A DNA stretch of 32,000 nucleotides, taken from NCBI RefSeq assembly GCF_000008565.1, contig NC_001263.1, forward strand, positions 917,066 through 949,065. Direction: 5' to 3'. Under the pieces are notes generated by a model, which saw nothing but the letters and a program-made list of their open reading frames with translations, was not told the origin of the DNA and made no database searches. Positions within the stretch are counted from its first letter, which is position 1. Each line of letters begins with the position of its first letter. The stretch is from Deinococcus radiodurans R1 = ATCC 13939 = DSM 20539. GTDB taxonomy: Bacteria > Deinococcota > Deinococci > Deinococcales > Deinococcaceae. Shown one piece after another: positions 1 through 17,582 of this stretch. Both the position numbers and the translations under genes were made by a program.

Positions 1-690
1 TACACCGTGCGGCGCGGCGACACCCTGACCAGCATCGGCAAATTCGTGGGCCTGCGGGTCGAGCAACTCCAGCGGCTCAACGGGCTCAAAGGCAACACCA
101 TCGCGGTGGGGCAAGTCCTGCGGCTCACGGCGCCCCCGACCACCTACCGGGTCCAGCCGGGCGACACCCTGCCGAAAATCGGCGTGAAGGTGGGGCTGCG
201 GGTCGAGCAGCTCCGGCGCATCAACGGCTTGACAGGAGACGCCCTCCAGATTGGTCAGGTGCTGCGGCTCACTGCCCCGCCCGCGCCCACAGTCGTTGCC
301 AAAGCGCCCGTTCGCCCCGCGCAGCCGCCGACCACCTACACCGTGCGGCGCGGGGACACGCTGACCAGCATCGGCAAGTTCGTGGGGTTGCGGGTCGAGC
401 AGCTCCAGCGGCTTAACGGGCTCAAGGACAACACCATCGCTGTCGGCCAGGTGTTACGTCTCACGGCTCCCAAGCCGGTGGTGGCCGCAGCCGCCCGCCC
501 CGCGCCGGTTCAGGCCGCGCCCGCTAAGCCGGCAGCGGCGCCCGGCACCTACGTCGTGGTCCCTGGCGACACCCTGGCGAAAATCGGCGTGAAGGTGGGC
601 TTGCGGGTGGAGCAGCTCCAGCGGCTCAACGGCCTAAGCGGCACGACCATTGAGGTAGGGCAGGTGCTCAAGCTGCGTGGGCCGGCGGTG
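1..690 (+). repeat. Tandemly duplicated two-LysM coding module (A-B-A'-B')
   Basis: DNA 1-135 and 337-471 are near-identical by eye; both begin TACACCGTGCGGCGCGG and run through ACCAGCATCGGCAA.TTCGTGGG. DNA 145-280 resembles 550-685. Protein units 1/3 and 2/4 pair up. The array may continue upstream of the window. Confidence 0.75.
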
Positions 691-1650
691 TCAGTGGTGG
701 CAGCGGCGCCGGCACCTGCCCGCGTCGTGCCTTCCCTGCCGCCGGGCACCGAGGCGCGGCTGATTCACCGCTATGTGCGCGTCGGCCTGCGCGACAACGC
801 CCGCACGCTGGCGCAGACGTATGGCGTGACGCCCGAACAGTTGCGGGAGCTCAACGGGTTCGGCAGCACCGGGTACATCCTGCCGGGGATGCGGGTGCTG
901 GTGCCGCAGCAGGTCGCGGTGCCGGTGCCGCCCCGCCCGGTGGCCGCGCCCGTCACGTTGCAGCAGGTGACGCCGCTGGGTATTCCAGTACAGGTCGTGC
1001 GGGTGGACCTGCGCTGGCGCAGTGTGCTCGTCACGCCTGTGCTGCCGGGAGAAGGCCTGAAACGCGGCTCGGGCGCCACCGTCAGCGCCCTGGCTGCCCG
1101 CAGTGGGGCGCGCGCCGTGGTCAACGGCAGTTATTTCCATCCCGGCACCTACGCCCCGGCAGGCGACATCGTGATGCATGGACGGCTGCTCACCTGGGGC
1201 CGCATTCCATCGGCGCTGGCGATTACGCCCGACAACCGCGCCGAAATCCGGGAGGGCGGCACCGGGCTGCTCGGACGGGTGCTCGACACGAGTTGGGCAG
1301 GCATGGAAACGGTCATCGCCACCGGCCCCGAGATTGTGCGCGACGGCGTGGTCCAGAACCGTTACAGTTCGGTCTTCCGCGACCCCGCCGTCTTCGGGCA
1401 GGCGGCCCGCAGCGCCATCGGCCTCGCCGGGCCGCGTGACCTGCTGCTGGTCACCACCCACGCCAAACTCAGCGTCGGGCAGATGGGGCAGGTGATGCAG
1501 GCCCTCGGCGCCCGCGACGCCCTGCTGCTCGACGGCGGCTCCAGCGCCGGCATGGCCTGGAACGGCGCGGCGGTGCTCAACAGCGTTCGCAAGGTGAGCT
1601 ACGGCATCGGCGTGTTCACCGACTACGACGGAAAGCGCTACTCGCGCTGA
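1..1650 (+). CDS. LysM-repeat protein with C-terminal phosphodiester glycosidase (NAGPA/PF09992-like) domain; the 5' end lies upstream of the window
   Basis: The frame is open from base 1: TAC ACC GTG = YTV is the start of a LysM unit that recurs at 337. There are four clear LysM units (YxVxxGDTLxxIGxxVGLRVEQLxRxNGL...GQVLRL) and a degenerate fifth. These are followed by VVNGSYFHP...GPEIVRDG...LLLDGGSS, typical of the phosphodiester glycosidase family. Stop is TGA at 1648-1650. Confidence 0.85.
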   Translation, partial: YTVRRGDTLTSIGKFVGLRVEQLQRLNGLKGNTIAVGQVLRLTAPPTTYRVQPGDTLPKIGVKVGLRVEQLRRINGLTGDALQIGQVLRLTAPPAPTVVAKAPVRPAQPPTTYTVRRGDTLTSIGKFVGLRVEQLQRLNGLKDNTIAVGQVLRLTAPKPVVAAAARPAPVQAAPAKPAAAPGTYVVVPGDTLAKIGVKVGLRVEQLQRLNGLSGTTIEVGQVLKLRGPAVSVVAAAPAPARVVPSLPPGTEARLIHRYVRVGLRDNARTLAQTYGVTPEQLRELNGFGSTGYILPGMRVLVPQQVAVPVPPRPVAAPVTLQQVTPLGIPVQVVRVDLRWRSVLVTPVLPGEGLKRGSGATVSALAARSGARAVVNGSYFHPGTYAPAGDIVMHGRLLTWGRIPSALAITPDNRAEIREGGTGLLGRVLDTSWAGMETVIATGPEIVRDGVVQNRYSSVFRDPAVFGQAARSAIGLAGPRDLLLVTTHAKLSVGQMGQVMQALGARDALLLDGGSSAGMAWNGAAVLNSVRKVSYGIGVFTDYDGKRYSR

Positions 1651-1663
1651 CGCCGGCAGCAAC

Positions 1664-1703
1664 CAAAAAAAGCCCCCACCCGTTTCCGAGTGGGGGTCTT
1701 TCT
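1664..1703. terminator. Bidirectional rho-independent terminator between the convergent LysM gene and rpoC
   Basis: The stem is CCCCCAC (1673-1679) / GTGGGGG (1690-1696). An A7 run lies 5' and T-rich TCTTTCT lies 3', so a hairpin plus U-tract forms on either strand. It sits between the stops at 1650 and 1716. Confidence 0.6.
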
Positions 1704-1715
1704 ATGGGCTACAGC

Positions 1716-6356
<4,641 letters not shown>

Positions 6357-6494
6357 TCAGGCTCCTGTGGAATGGAGGCTCTTTTGTTGGTCAAACCGTC
6401 GAACTGTCTCACCGTCGAACGGCTGAAAGATGTTGGCGGTTTGACCTTTAGACGGTTTGACAGTGCTCGACGGGTTGGCAGTGCCGCAGGCGCC

Positions 6495-9974
<3,480 letters not shown>

Positions 9975-10088
9975 GCACACCTCGCACGCTGGAAATCTCG
10001 GGGCTGCGGCTCTCGTCCAGGTCCAAAAGCGCAACTGGGACCGCCGGCTCTCGCCTGCGCTCCTCGGAAAAAAGACCTATTGTTGCCA

Positions 10089-10116
10089 TGTATACTTGTG
10101 ATTCACGTTCCGGCAA
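10089..10116 (-). promoter_or_regulatory. Candidate sigma-A promoter for rpoBC
   Basis: On the minus strand: TTGCCG (10116-10111), 16-nt spacer, TATACA (10094-10089). This would give a leader of roughly 110 nt. Identified by sequence pattern only. Confidence 0.25.
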
Positions 10117-10359
10117 AGAACCCCTGTCCAACCCATCCTGGTTGGCGACAGGAAAGTATAGGGCGCTCATGATTCCCTGTCAAGAGGCTGGGCGACTGCG
10201 GCGTGGCCCCCGCGTCTGGGCGTCTGCGCTGTGATAAACGGAAAGCCGATGACAGGCGGCAAAAAGCAAGGCGGCAGGCCTGGAGGCACTAAGCCCAGGC
10301 AGAAAATTCGGCTCACCCGCGAGACCGGGCAACGGCGCGGCGGCGAAAGCGGTGAGGAC

Positions 10360-10584
10360 GTGACGGTGGCCCCGGCAGTGGGCGGGTATTTCGACGTGCG
10401 TCCGGCCCGGTTGCCCCACTGGCTCGACCCCCTCTCGGCGCTCACCAAGCCCGGCGTGCGCGGCTTTCCCGAGGCGGACGCGGCCCAGGTGGTGCTGGCC
10501 CAGACGATGCGCAAGGACCGGGTGCGCGGCGAGGTTCTCGACCTCACCGCGCAGGCGGCCTGCTCGCCAGCCTGCCGGGCGTGA
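10360..10584 (+). pseudogene. Out-of-frame N-terminal part of the downstream methyltransferase (apparent frameshifts at about 10557 and 10583)
   Basis: Frame 1 reads ...YFDVRPARLPHWLDPLSALTKPGVRGFPEADAAQVVLAQTMRKDRVRGEVLDLTAQA. Sensible text then continues as GLLASLPGV in frame 3, and as DLRAVEGAAAAL in frame 2, which is the 10595 ORF. The likely start is GTG at 10360 or 10366. The upstream Gly/Lys/Arg-rich part of the ORF is probably non-coding. Confidence 0.5.
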
Positions 10585-10594
10585 CCTGCGGGCG

Positions 10595-11491
10595 GTGGAG
10601 GGCGCGGCGGCGGCGCTGACGGTCCTGCGCGCCGCTGGCCTCGACGCGCACGCCACGACCCCTGGCGAGGACCTCTCCGCCCGCTGGCCCGAGCGCGCCC
10701 GCACGGTGGCGCTGGTGCTCGCCGGCGACCGGGGCAATGCCTACGCGCAGGCGCAGGTGGCGTGGGCGCACGCCTGCACGCCTCCCGGCGGCACGCTGTA
10801 CCTCGCCGGCGACCGGGACAAGGGCTTCGACCGCTACGTGCGGCAGGCGGGCGCGGCTTTCGGCAGCGGTGAAGTCGTCGCGCGGGACGGCGGGATGCGC
10901 GTCGCCAAACTGGTGCGCCGCCCCGGCCCCACGCCGCCGCTGCCTGAGCCGGAGACGTATGAGGCGTTCGGCGTCAAGGTGGTCGGCCTCCCCGGCGTGT
11001 TCAGCGCCGCCAAGCCCGACAAGGCGACGGCCATTTTGCTGACCCATCTCGCGGACCTTGACCTGACGGGCCAGCGCGTCCTCGACCTCGGCTGCGGCGC
11101 GGGCCTCATCGGGGCGTGGGCGGCGAGCCGGGGCGGGCAAGTCACACTAGTAGACGGCGACCTCCAGAGCGTGCGGAGCAGCGAGCGGACGCTGGCCGCG
11201 AATGCGCTTCCCGGCGAGGTCATTCACTCCGACGTGGACGCGGCCCTCGGCGAGCGGCAGTTCGACGTGATGCTGACCAATCCGCCGTTTCATGTCGGGC
11301 GCGGCGTGGTCCTCGACGTGGCCCGCGAATTCATCGCCACCGCCGGGCGCCGCCTCGTTCCCGGTGGCCGGATGTTCCTCGTCGCCAACGAGCCGCTGCC
11401 CTACGAACAGGCCCTCGGGGCGCTCGGCACGGTGCGTGAAGTGGTCCGCGAGCAGGGCTTCAAGGTGCTGGAACTGCGGCGGGCGGAGTAA
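10595..11491 (+). CDS. Class I SAM-dependent rRNA (guanine-N2) methyltransferase, RsmC/RlmG-like; this is the C-terminal portion of a two-domain protein
   Basis: SAM motif I is VLDLGCGAGLIG and motif IV is TNPPFH. The non-catalytic N-domain reads ...LVLAGDRGNAYAQAQV...LYLAGDRDKGFDRY. The GTG start of this ORF is only the first start after the frame break (see findings). Confidence 0.85.
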   Translation: MEGAAAALTVLRAAGLDAHATTPGEDLSARWPERARTVALVLAGDRGNAYAQAQVAWAHACTPPGGTLYLAGDRDKGFDRYVRQAGAAFGSGEVVARDGGMRVAKLVRRPGPTPPLPEPETYEAFGVKVVGLPGVFSAAKPDKATAILLTHLADLDLTGQRVLDLGCGAGLIGAWAASRGGQVTLVDGDLQSVRSSERTLAANALPGEVIHSDVDAALGERQFDVMLTNPPFHVGRGVVLDVAREFIATAGRRLVPGGRMFLVANEPLPYEQALGALGTVREVVREQGFKVLELRRAE

Positions 11492-11678
11492 GAGAGCGAG
11501 TCCGAACGGCGGGTGGGAACCTTTGACCCTCTGACCTCGTATTCCCTGAGATGTCCGAATGCTGTTGCTTTCCCGAAGTTGTTTCGCCGCTCCTGGTGTT
11601 TTCCTGACCTGCTCGACGCGTCCCTGGTCGTCCGTCTTACTCACGTCTTTACCGGAGAGGGGCTCAGAGCAAGGTCTC

Positions 11679-11687
11679 TGCTAGACT
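11679..11687 (+). promoter_or_regulatory. Candidate extended -10 promoter element for sigA (TGcTAGACT)
   Basis: TG at 11679-11680 and TAGACT at 11682-11687, about 55 nt upstream of ATG 11744, which itself carries an AGGAG Shine-Dalgarno sequence. Pattern only. Confidence 0.3.
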
Positions 11688-11743
11688 GACCCGCTTAAGG
11701 CCACTGGCCCCCACACCCCATTTTCACATCTCAGGAGTCCTCA

Positions 11744-13524
<1,781 letters not shown>

Positions 13525-13541
13525 ACTCCGCCTTTTGAGCT

Positions 13542-13572
13542 GCCCCTGCCCGCGTGGTGGGGGCCGTTTTTT
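13542..13572 (+). terminator. Rho-independent terminator of sigA
   Basis: GCCCCTGCC (13542-13550) pairs with GGTGGGGGC (13556-13564), including two G-U pairs. It is followed by TTTTTT at 13567-13572. Confidence 0.6.
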
Positions 13573-13698
13573 GGCTCTGGCGGTGGGCACTGGCGCTCTA
13601 ACACTCTGACAGCACTAGGAACTTTTCTACGTGTCCGGCATAGTGAGCGGCACCATGACAGTGCTTAATACGACTGAGCTTAAGATCGAGGGTGCCGT

Positions 13699-15156
13699 GT
13701 GACCACGGCGGCTAGTCCGCTTCCTATAGATGAGTCGCCGCAGACGGTGCCCTGGCGCCGGGCGCTGCTGGCGTTGCTGCCGCTGGCGTTTCTGGGGCTG
13801 ATGCCCTGGGGAATCTGCCTGGGCCTGAGCGCCGTCATCCTGATCGGCCTGCGCTTTCCGGCGTGGGGGTCAGGGCGACTGCTGCTGTTTCTCTTCGTGA
13901 TTGCAGTGGGGGCGCTGGTGCAGGTGCCCGGCGCGTGGAACTCGGGCGCCGGCCCCGGCCTCCTGATTGCCCTGGCTTCCGGCTATCTGTTGCAACTGCT
14001 GCTGGTGTTTCTGCTCCATTTTTCCCTGATCATGCTTGAAGAAGGCCAGCGCCGGGGGCTGCTGCTGGTACTGTTGCCGGCGCTCTTCGCCCCGCAGTGG
14101 GGGCTGGTGCCCGCGCTGCTGGGGGGCCTGCTGGCGCGTGAAGGCCCCGACGACCGCCTGTCAAGTCAGCGGGCGCCCACGCAGCGTCCGGTGTGGGTCA
14201 CGGTGGCCGGGGCCGCTGCTGCCTTGGTTCTTCTCGGCGCACTGCTGCCGCACGCCCGAGTACAGGTTCAGGAAGTGGCGACCCGGCAGGCCGCGCCCCC
14301 CCCGCAGGAGGAAACCTCCTCGGACTGGAGTCTGAAGCCGGAGGACAGTGGCACGCGAAGGCAGGCCAAGCCGGCGGCGAACGCGCCCTTTATGGTCAAG
14401 TTCGATGAGGACCGGCTGGCGCTGCCGCCTGTCGAGCTGCTATTGCTGTTCAGCGCTCTGTTGTTGGCAGCGTTGGGGATCATCCTGTGGCGCACGACAG
14501 GCGGCGAGAAGATGCCCGCCCTGACCCTGCCGGAAAAACTGATGGTCGCAGGCCTGACCCTGACGTTCCTCCTGACCCTGCTCGCGGCGCTCCTGATTCA
14601 GGGCAAGGGGCAAACTGCTTCCCAGACCCTGGAACAAACGCAGGACACCATGAAAGAGGCAGGCCGAAAGATACGTGAAATGGTGCCTGAACAGGCGGCC
14701 CATACCGTCAACGGCACCGGATTTTTCAATGCCTTGAGCTGGGTGACGTTGGCTGCCGCGGTCCTTGTTGTCGGTCTGCTGCTGCTCAGGTTGCGGCGCC
14801 CCCGCCTGCGCCTCGCTGCTCAGGACGTGGAAGCGACGGACGATACGGCTTCTGCCACTGCCCCGGCGCCCGCCCTGCACCGCGTTCGCCTCGCTTATCG
14901 CCGCGCTGAGGACGCTTTGCAGGAGGCCGGACACGCCCGCACCCCCGCCGAAACGCCCGCCGGGTACGCGGCGCGGCTGAGTGCCCAGTTGCCCGACCTC
15001 GCCGCGCCGCTCCAGACCCTCACCCGCGTCTACGAGCCGGTCCGCTACGGCGGGCACGTGACCGACGAAGACGCCGACGCCGCCGAATCCGCCGCTGAGC
15101 GCGTGGCCGACCTCGCTCCCCTCCTGCGCCCCCCCGACCCGGAAGGAACCCTATGA
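13699..15156 (+). CDS. Polytopic membrane protein with C-terminal DUF4129-like domain (first gene of the MoxR operon)
   Basis: The N-terminal half is hydrophobic. A Pro/Glu-rich linker and further TM segments follow. The C-terminus ...TPAETPAGYAARLSAQLPDLAAPLQTLTRVYEPVRYGG resembles DUF4129. No transglutaminase Cys-His-Asp core is visible. The stop overlaps the next start (ATGA at 15153-15156). The GTG start is uncertain. Confidence 0.7.
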   Translation: MTTAASPLPIDESPQTVPWRRALLALLPLAFLGLMPWGICLGLSAVILIGLRFPAWGSGRLLLFLFVIAVGALVQVPGAWNSGAGPGLLIALASGYLLQLLLVFLLHFSLIMLEEGQRRGLLLVLLPALFAPQWGLVPALLGGLLAREGPDDRLSSQRAPTQRPVWVTVAGAAAALVLLGALLPHARVQVQEVATRQAAPPPQEETSSDWSLKPEDSGTRRQAKPAANAPFMVKFDEDRLALPPVELLLLFSALLLAALGIILWRTTGGEKMPALTLPEKLMVAGLTLTFLLTLLAALLIQGKGQTASQTLEQTQDTMKEAGRKIREMVPEQAAHTVNGTGFFNALSWVTLAAAVLVVGLLLLRLRRPRLRLAAQDVEATDDTASATAPAPALHRVRLAYRRAEDALQEAGHARTPAETPAGYAARLSAQLPDLAAPLQTLTRVYEPVRYGGHVTDEDADAAESAAERVADLAPLLRPPDPEGTL

Positions 15157-16217
15157 CTGCACCCACCCCGACGGCTCCTGGCCTGACGCCCGCCCCCCAG
15201 ACCCAGCCTTTCGCCGCCGAAATCATCGCCAACGTCGCCCGCGTGCTTGTCGGCAAAGAAGACGTGACCCGCCTCGCGCTCGCCGCCATTCTCGCCGGAG
15301 GACACGTGCTGCTCGAAGACGCGCCCGGCACCGGCAAAACCGTGCTGGCGCGCGCGCTGGCCGCCAGCCTGGGCCTCGATTTTCGCCGCGTGCAGTTCAC
15401 CCCCGACCTGCTGCCGAGTGACGTGACCGGGGTGAGCGTGTTCCGGCCCGCCACCGGCACCTTCGAGTTCGTGCCGGGGCCGATTTTTACCGGCATCCTG
15501 CTCGCCGACGAAATCAACCGCGCCACCCCCAAAACGCAGTCCGCGCTGCTCGAGGCGATGGGGGAGGGGCAGGTCAGCGAGTCGGGCGTGACCCACCGCC
15601 TGCCGCAGCCTTTCGTCGTCATCGCCACCCAGAACCCGGTGGAGCACGAGGGCACCTACCGCCTGCCCGAAGCGCAGCTCGACCGCTTTTTGCTGCGGCT
15701 CTCGGTGGGGTATCCGTCGCTGGAACAGGAAGTGGAGATGCTTGCGCGATTGCAGGAGCGCCACCCCTTGCAGGATCTGCGGGCCGTCGCCGCGCCCGCC
15801 GACCTGCTCGCCGCGCAGGCGCAGGTGCAGCAGGTGACGGTCAGCTCCGATGTCCGGCGCTACCTCGCCGCGCTCGCCGCCCGCTCGCGCCAGCACCCGC
15901 AGGTCACGCTCGGCGGCGGCCCGCGTGCCAGCCTCGCGCTTCAGGGGGTTGCGCAAGCCCTCGCCTGGACGCAGGGGCGCACCTTCGTCACGCCGGACGA
16001 CGTGCAGCAGGCGGCGCCGGGCGTGCTGGCCCACCGCCTCTCGCTGGGCATCGAGGCCCGGATGCAGGGTCTGAGCGCCGCCGACGTGGTGCGCGAGGTG
16101 CTGGCCGCCGAACCCGTGCCGGTGGAGAAAGGCCCCGGTGAGCGCGACATGGGTGAGCGCGGGACAGGCGAGAGGGGGCCAAGCGAGAGAAATACAGCCG
16201 AGGTGCGCGGCGCATGA
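15153..16217 (+). CDS. MoxR-family AAA+ ATPase
   Basis: Walker A is EDAPGTGKT and Walker B is LLADEINR. The ATQNP...EGTYRLPEAQLDRF signature of MoxR/AAA_3 is present. ATGA overlaps occur at both ends of the gene. Confidence 0.93.
   Translation: MTAPTPTAPGLTPAPQTQPFAAEIIANVARVLVGKEDVTRLALAAILAGGHVLLEDAPGTGKTVLARALAASLGLDFRRVQFTPDLLPSDVTGVSVFRPATGTFEFVPGPIFTGILLADEINRATPKTQSALLEAMGEGQVSESGVTHRLPQPFVVIATQNPVEHEGTYRLPEAQLDRFLLRLSVGYPSLEQEVEMLARLQERHPLQDLRAVAAPADLLAAQAQVQQVTVSSDVRRYLAALAARSRQHPQVTLGGGPRASLALQGVAQALAWTQGRTFVTPDDVQQAAPGVLAHRLSLGIEARMQGLSAADVVREVLAAEPVPVEKGPGERDMGERGTGERGPSERNTAEVRGA
16137..16196 (+). repeat. Four degenerate 15-bp in-frame tandem repeats at the 3' end of the MoxR gene
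   Basis: The units are GGTGAGCGCGACATG / GGTGAGCGCGGGACA / GGCGAGAGGGGGCCA / AGCGAGAGAAATACA. They encode GERDM GERGT GERGP SERNT. Confidence 0.7.
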
Positions 16218-17353
16218 CCTCGCTGCTGGTCGCCCTGATCTGGGCGCTGGCCCTTGCGTTCGTCGCGGCGATGCTGTGGTGGCTCTACCGTCAGCCGCCG
16301 GAAGTCACGCTGACGCGGGAGCTGCCCCGCGCCGGGTTCAGTGGCGGCGAGGTGCCGCTGACCGTGCGGCTGGGCCTGCGCAGTCGCCTGCCGGTGCGCT
16401 ACGTCCTCGAAGACCCCACGCCCGGCTCGGTGGTCCCCCGCGCCGCCGTCAACTTTGCGGGGGACGTGCTCGGCGAGCGCCAGAGCGAACACCAGACGCG
16501 GGTGATCCTGGGCCGCCGCGGCGAGTTCGACTGGCCGGGCGCTACCCTGCGCTGGGCCGACCCGCTGGGGCTGTTCTGGCGCTCGCGCCCGCTGCACGAG
16601 CCGACCCGCCTCGAAGTGTTTCCCGGCACCCACGGCCTGCTGCTGCCCGACCTGCTGCGGCCCCTGCTCTCGGAAGGCGGGCTGTCGCGGACGCTGGGCC
16701 TTGAAGATGCCCTCAGCCTGCGCGGGGCGCGGGAGTACGTGAGCGGCGACCCGCCGGGGCGCATCCACTGGCGGCTCTCGGCGCGGCAGGCGGGCGAGCC
16801 GGGCGGCGGGCTGATGGTGCGCGAACTGGAAAGAACGGCGGCGAGCAGCCTGACCGTTTACCTCGACACCTCGGCGGGCAACGACATCTACCTCGAAAGC
16901 GCGGTGCGGCTCGCCAGCAGTCTGATTACCGAGGGGCTGGCGCTGGGGCTGCCTGTTTCGCTGGCGACGGCGGGCGCCCAGACCCCCACCGGACGCGGGG
17001 AGGACGCGGCGCAGGCGGCTCTGCTCGCGCTCGCGCAGGTGCGGCTGACACCGGGGGGAGAGCCCCGTATATTGCCTCCCCGCAGCGGCAGCAACCTCAT
17101 CATCCTGACCATGCTCGGCGGACCGGTCCTCACCGAGCAGGCCATGCGGGCGCGCGCCACCGCCAGCCGCGTGACCATCCTGGCGCTGCCCGAGGGCTTT
17201 TACCTGGAGCCCGGTGAAAACCCGCGCCGCCAGTGGGCCGCCGTGCCCGATACGGTGCGCGACCTGGAGCGGCAGGCGGGGGCGCTGGCCGCGGCCGGCA
17301 TCCTGGTTTTCGTGCTGCGCGGCAATCAGAGCGTGTTGCGGTTGGGGGTATAA
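16214..17353 (+). CDS. DUF58 (vWA-like) protein, the usual MoxR partner
   Basis: There is an N-terminal TM segment, and REYVSGDPPGRIHWRLSAR matches the DUF58 signature. The start overlaps the MoxR stop (ATGA at 16214-16217). Confidence 0.88.
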   Translation: MTSLLVALIWALALAFVAAMLWWLYRQPPEVTLTRELPRAGFSGGEVPLTVRLGLRSRLPVRYVLEDPTPGSVVPRAAVNFAGDVLGERQSEHQTRVILGRRGEFDWPGATLRWADPLGLFWRSRPLHEPTRLEVFPGTHGLLLPDLLRPLLSEGGLSRTLGLEDALSLRGAREYVSGDPPGRIHWRLSARQAGEPGGGLMVRELERTAASSLTVYLDTSAGNDIYLESAVRLASSLITEGLALGLPVSLATAGAQTPTGRGEDAAQAALLALAQVRLTPGGEPRILPPRSGSNLIILTMLGGPVLTEQAMRARATASRVTILALPEGFYLEPGENPRRQWAAVPDTVRDLERQAGALAAAGILVFVLRGNQSVLRLGV

Positions 17354-17361
17354 GACGATTT

Positions 17362-17487
17362 AAAATTGAGTCCCGGACATTCCTGGGCGCAGTTTTGCGC
17401 GGAGCGCATGGAAAAAATACGGTTTTAAGGAGATGGACGGGCATCCGGTGCCTTTCCGGATGTTCGGGAATCGGATTAAAACCGTAT
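17362..17487 (+). repeat. Small non-coding repeat (SNR-type), intact copy 1
   Basis: It matches 18007-18063 plus 18231-18307. The right half (17411-17487) differs from 18231-18307 at a single base. That half folds as a long imperfect hairpin, with ATACGGTTTTAA at 17417-17428 pairing with TTAAAACCGTAT at 17476-17487. Confidence 0.85.
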
Positions 17488-17582
17488 CAGCTCCGTATCA
17501 ACAGGGCCAGGGCCTGAAACTGCCCACGGGACATAAAGGCGGGCTCAGCCTGCGGGCGGCTCCGGCTTGCTAGCGTAGGGCC

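Noticed and set aside
9975-10034. Upstream ORF-track starts adding N-terminal extensions to several genes: rpoB at 10034, acyl-CoA dehydrogenase at 19938, DUF47 at 21603, lactonase at 26927 and polyprenyl synthase at 28633.
   Set aside because: The conserved N-termini begin at internal ATGs that have their own Shine-Dalgarno or -10 signals. The extensions are Arg/Trp/Cys-rich and non-homologous.
10231-10359. The Gly/Lys/Arg-rich N-terminal 40 residues of the 117-aa ORF (MINGKPMTGGKKQGGRPGG...) as real coding sequence or a separate small basic protein.
   Set aside because: Similarity to the methyltransferase N-domain only begins near 10380. The region has no expression signals and lies in the rpoB/methyltransferase divergent promoter region.
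11520-11545. TTTGACCCTCT upstream of sigA as a third copy of the 65-bp hairpin repeat.
   Set aside because: Only 11 nt match and the hairpin core is absent. It is probably chance or a highly degraded remnant.
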